From positions 416,001 through 480,000 of the forward strand of contig JBALDB010000056.1 of the NCBI GenBank assembly GCA_036918135.1: a DNA stretch of 64,000 nt. Direction: 5' to 3'. Numbering within the stretch: the stretch's first letter is position 1; each line of letters begins with the position of its first letter. Shown piece after piece: positions 63,865-64,000 of the stretch. Below the pieces are notes generated by a model. It saw nothing but the letters and a program-made list of their open reading frames with translations. It was not told where the DNA came from and did not search any database. This DNA comes from Nostoc sp. GTDB lineage: Bacteria; Cyanobacteriota; Cyanobacteriia; Cyanobacteriales; Nostocaceae. The position numbers and the translations under genes were made by a program.

Positions 63865-64000
63865 ATGAAACGACGACAGTTGATGGGTTATGCTGGGGCC
63901 GGGTTGGTCACAGCTTCAGTTACTACCTTAGGTTCCCACCTTCGATCTGAGGCACAGTCTAGCGGTTTATCAGTTGAGTGGTTGGGTCATACTTGCTTCC
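63865..64000 (+). CDS. MBL-fold metallo-hydrolase, partial (runs off the window)
   Basis: MKRRQLMGYAGAG Tat-like signal followed by VEWLGHTCF. Confidence 0.75.
   Translation, partial: MKRRQLMGYAGAGLVTASVTTLGSHLRSEAQSSGLSVEWLGHTCF

Noticed and set aside
1..64000. GCGATCGC over-representation as a novel repeat; tRNA or rRNA genes
   Set aside because: The octamer is the well-known cyanobacterial HIP1; I saw no tRNA or rRNA signatures

Overview
64 kb of chromosome from a heterocyst-forming cyanobacterium (Nostoc-like: abundant HIP1 GCGATCGC sites, heptamer repeats, CAAD-bearing ValRS). The core genes are recN, an ABC1 kinase, valS, a crtR-like hydroxylase, a copper ATPase with its chaperone, rtcB, two hybrid histidine kinases with a divergent NarL-type regulator, Omp85, a Ser/Thr kinase, chlD, a SigF/SigJ-type sigma factor, frameshifted prfB, ybeY, dgkA and a trpG/pabA-type gene. 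Accessory content includes a pPIWI-RE (prokaryotic PIWI) defence module with two apparent internal deletions, an apparently intact Pycsar-like cyclase/effector pair, a group II intron 3' remnant, several MITE-like elements and many pseudogene fragments. The most unusual structure is non-coding, at 28.8-30.6 kb. It holds five ~150-bp paralogous cassettes, each with a conserved palindromic box, a fixed 19-bp spacer, a -10 element, a 23-32-nt variable body and a covarying terminator hairpin, plus two related longer units. These look like an undescribed tandem array of small-RNA genes lying directly downstream of the kinase pair. All family assignments come from motif recognition by eye; no database searches were run.
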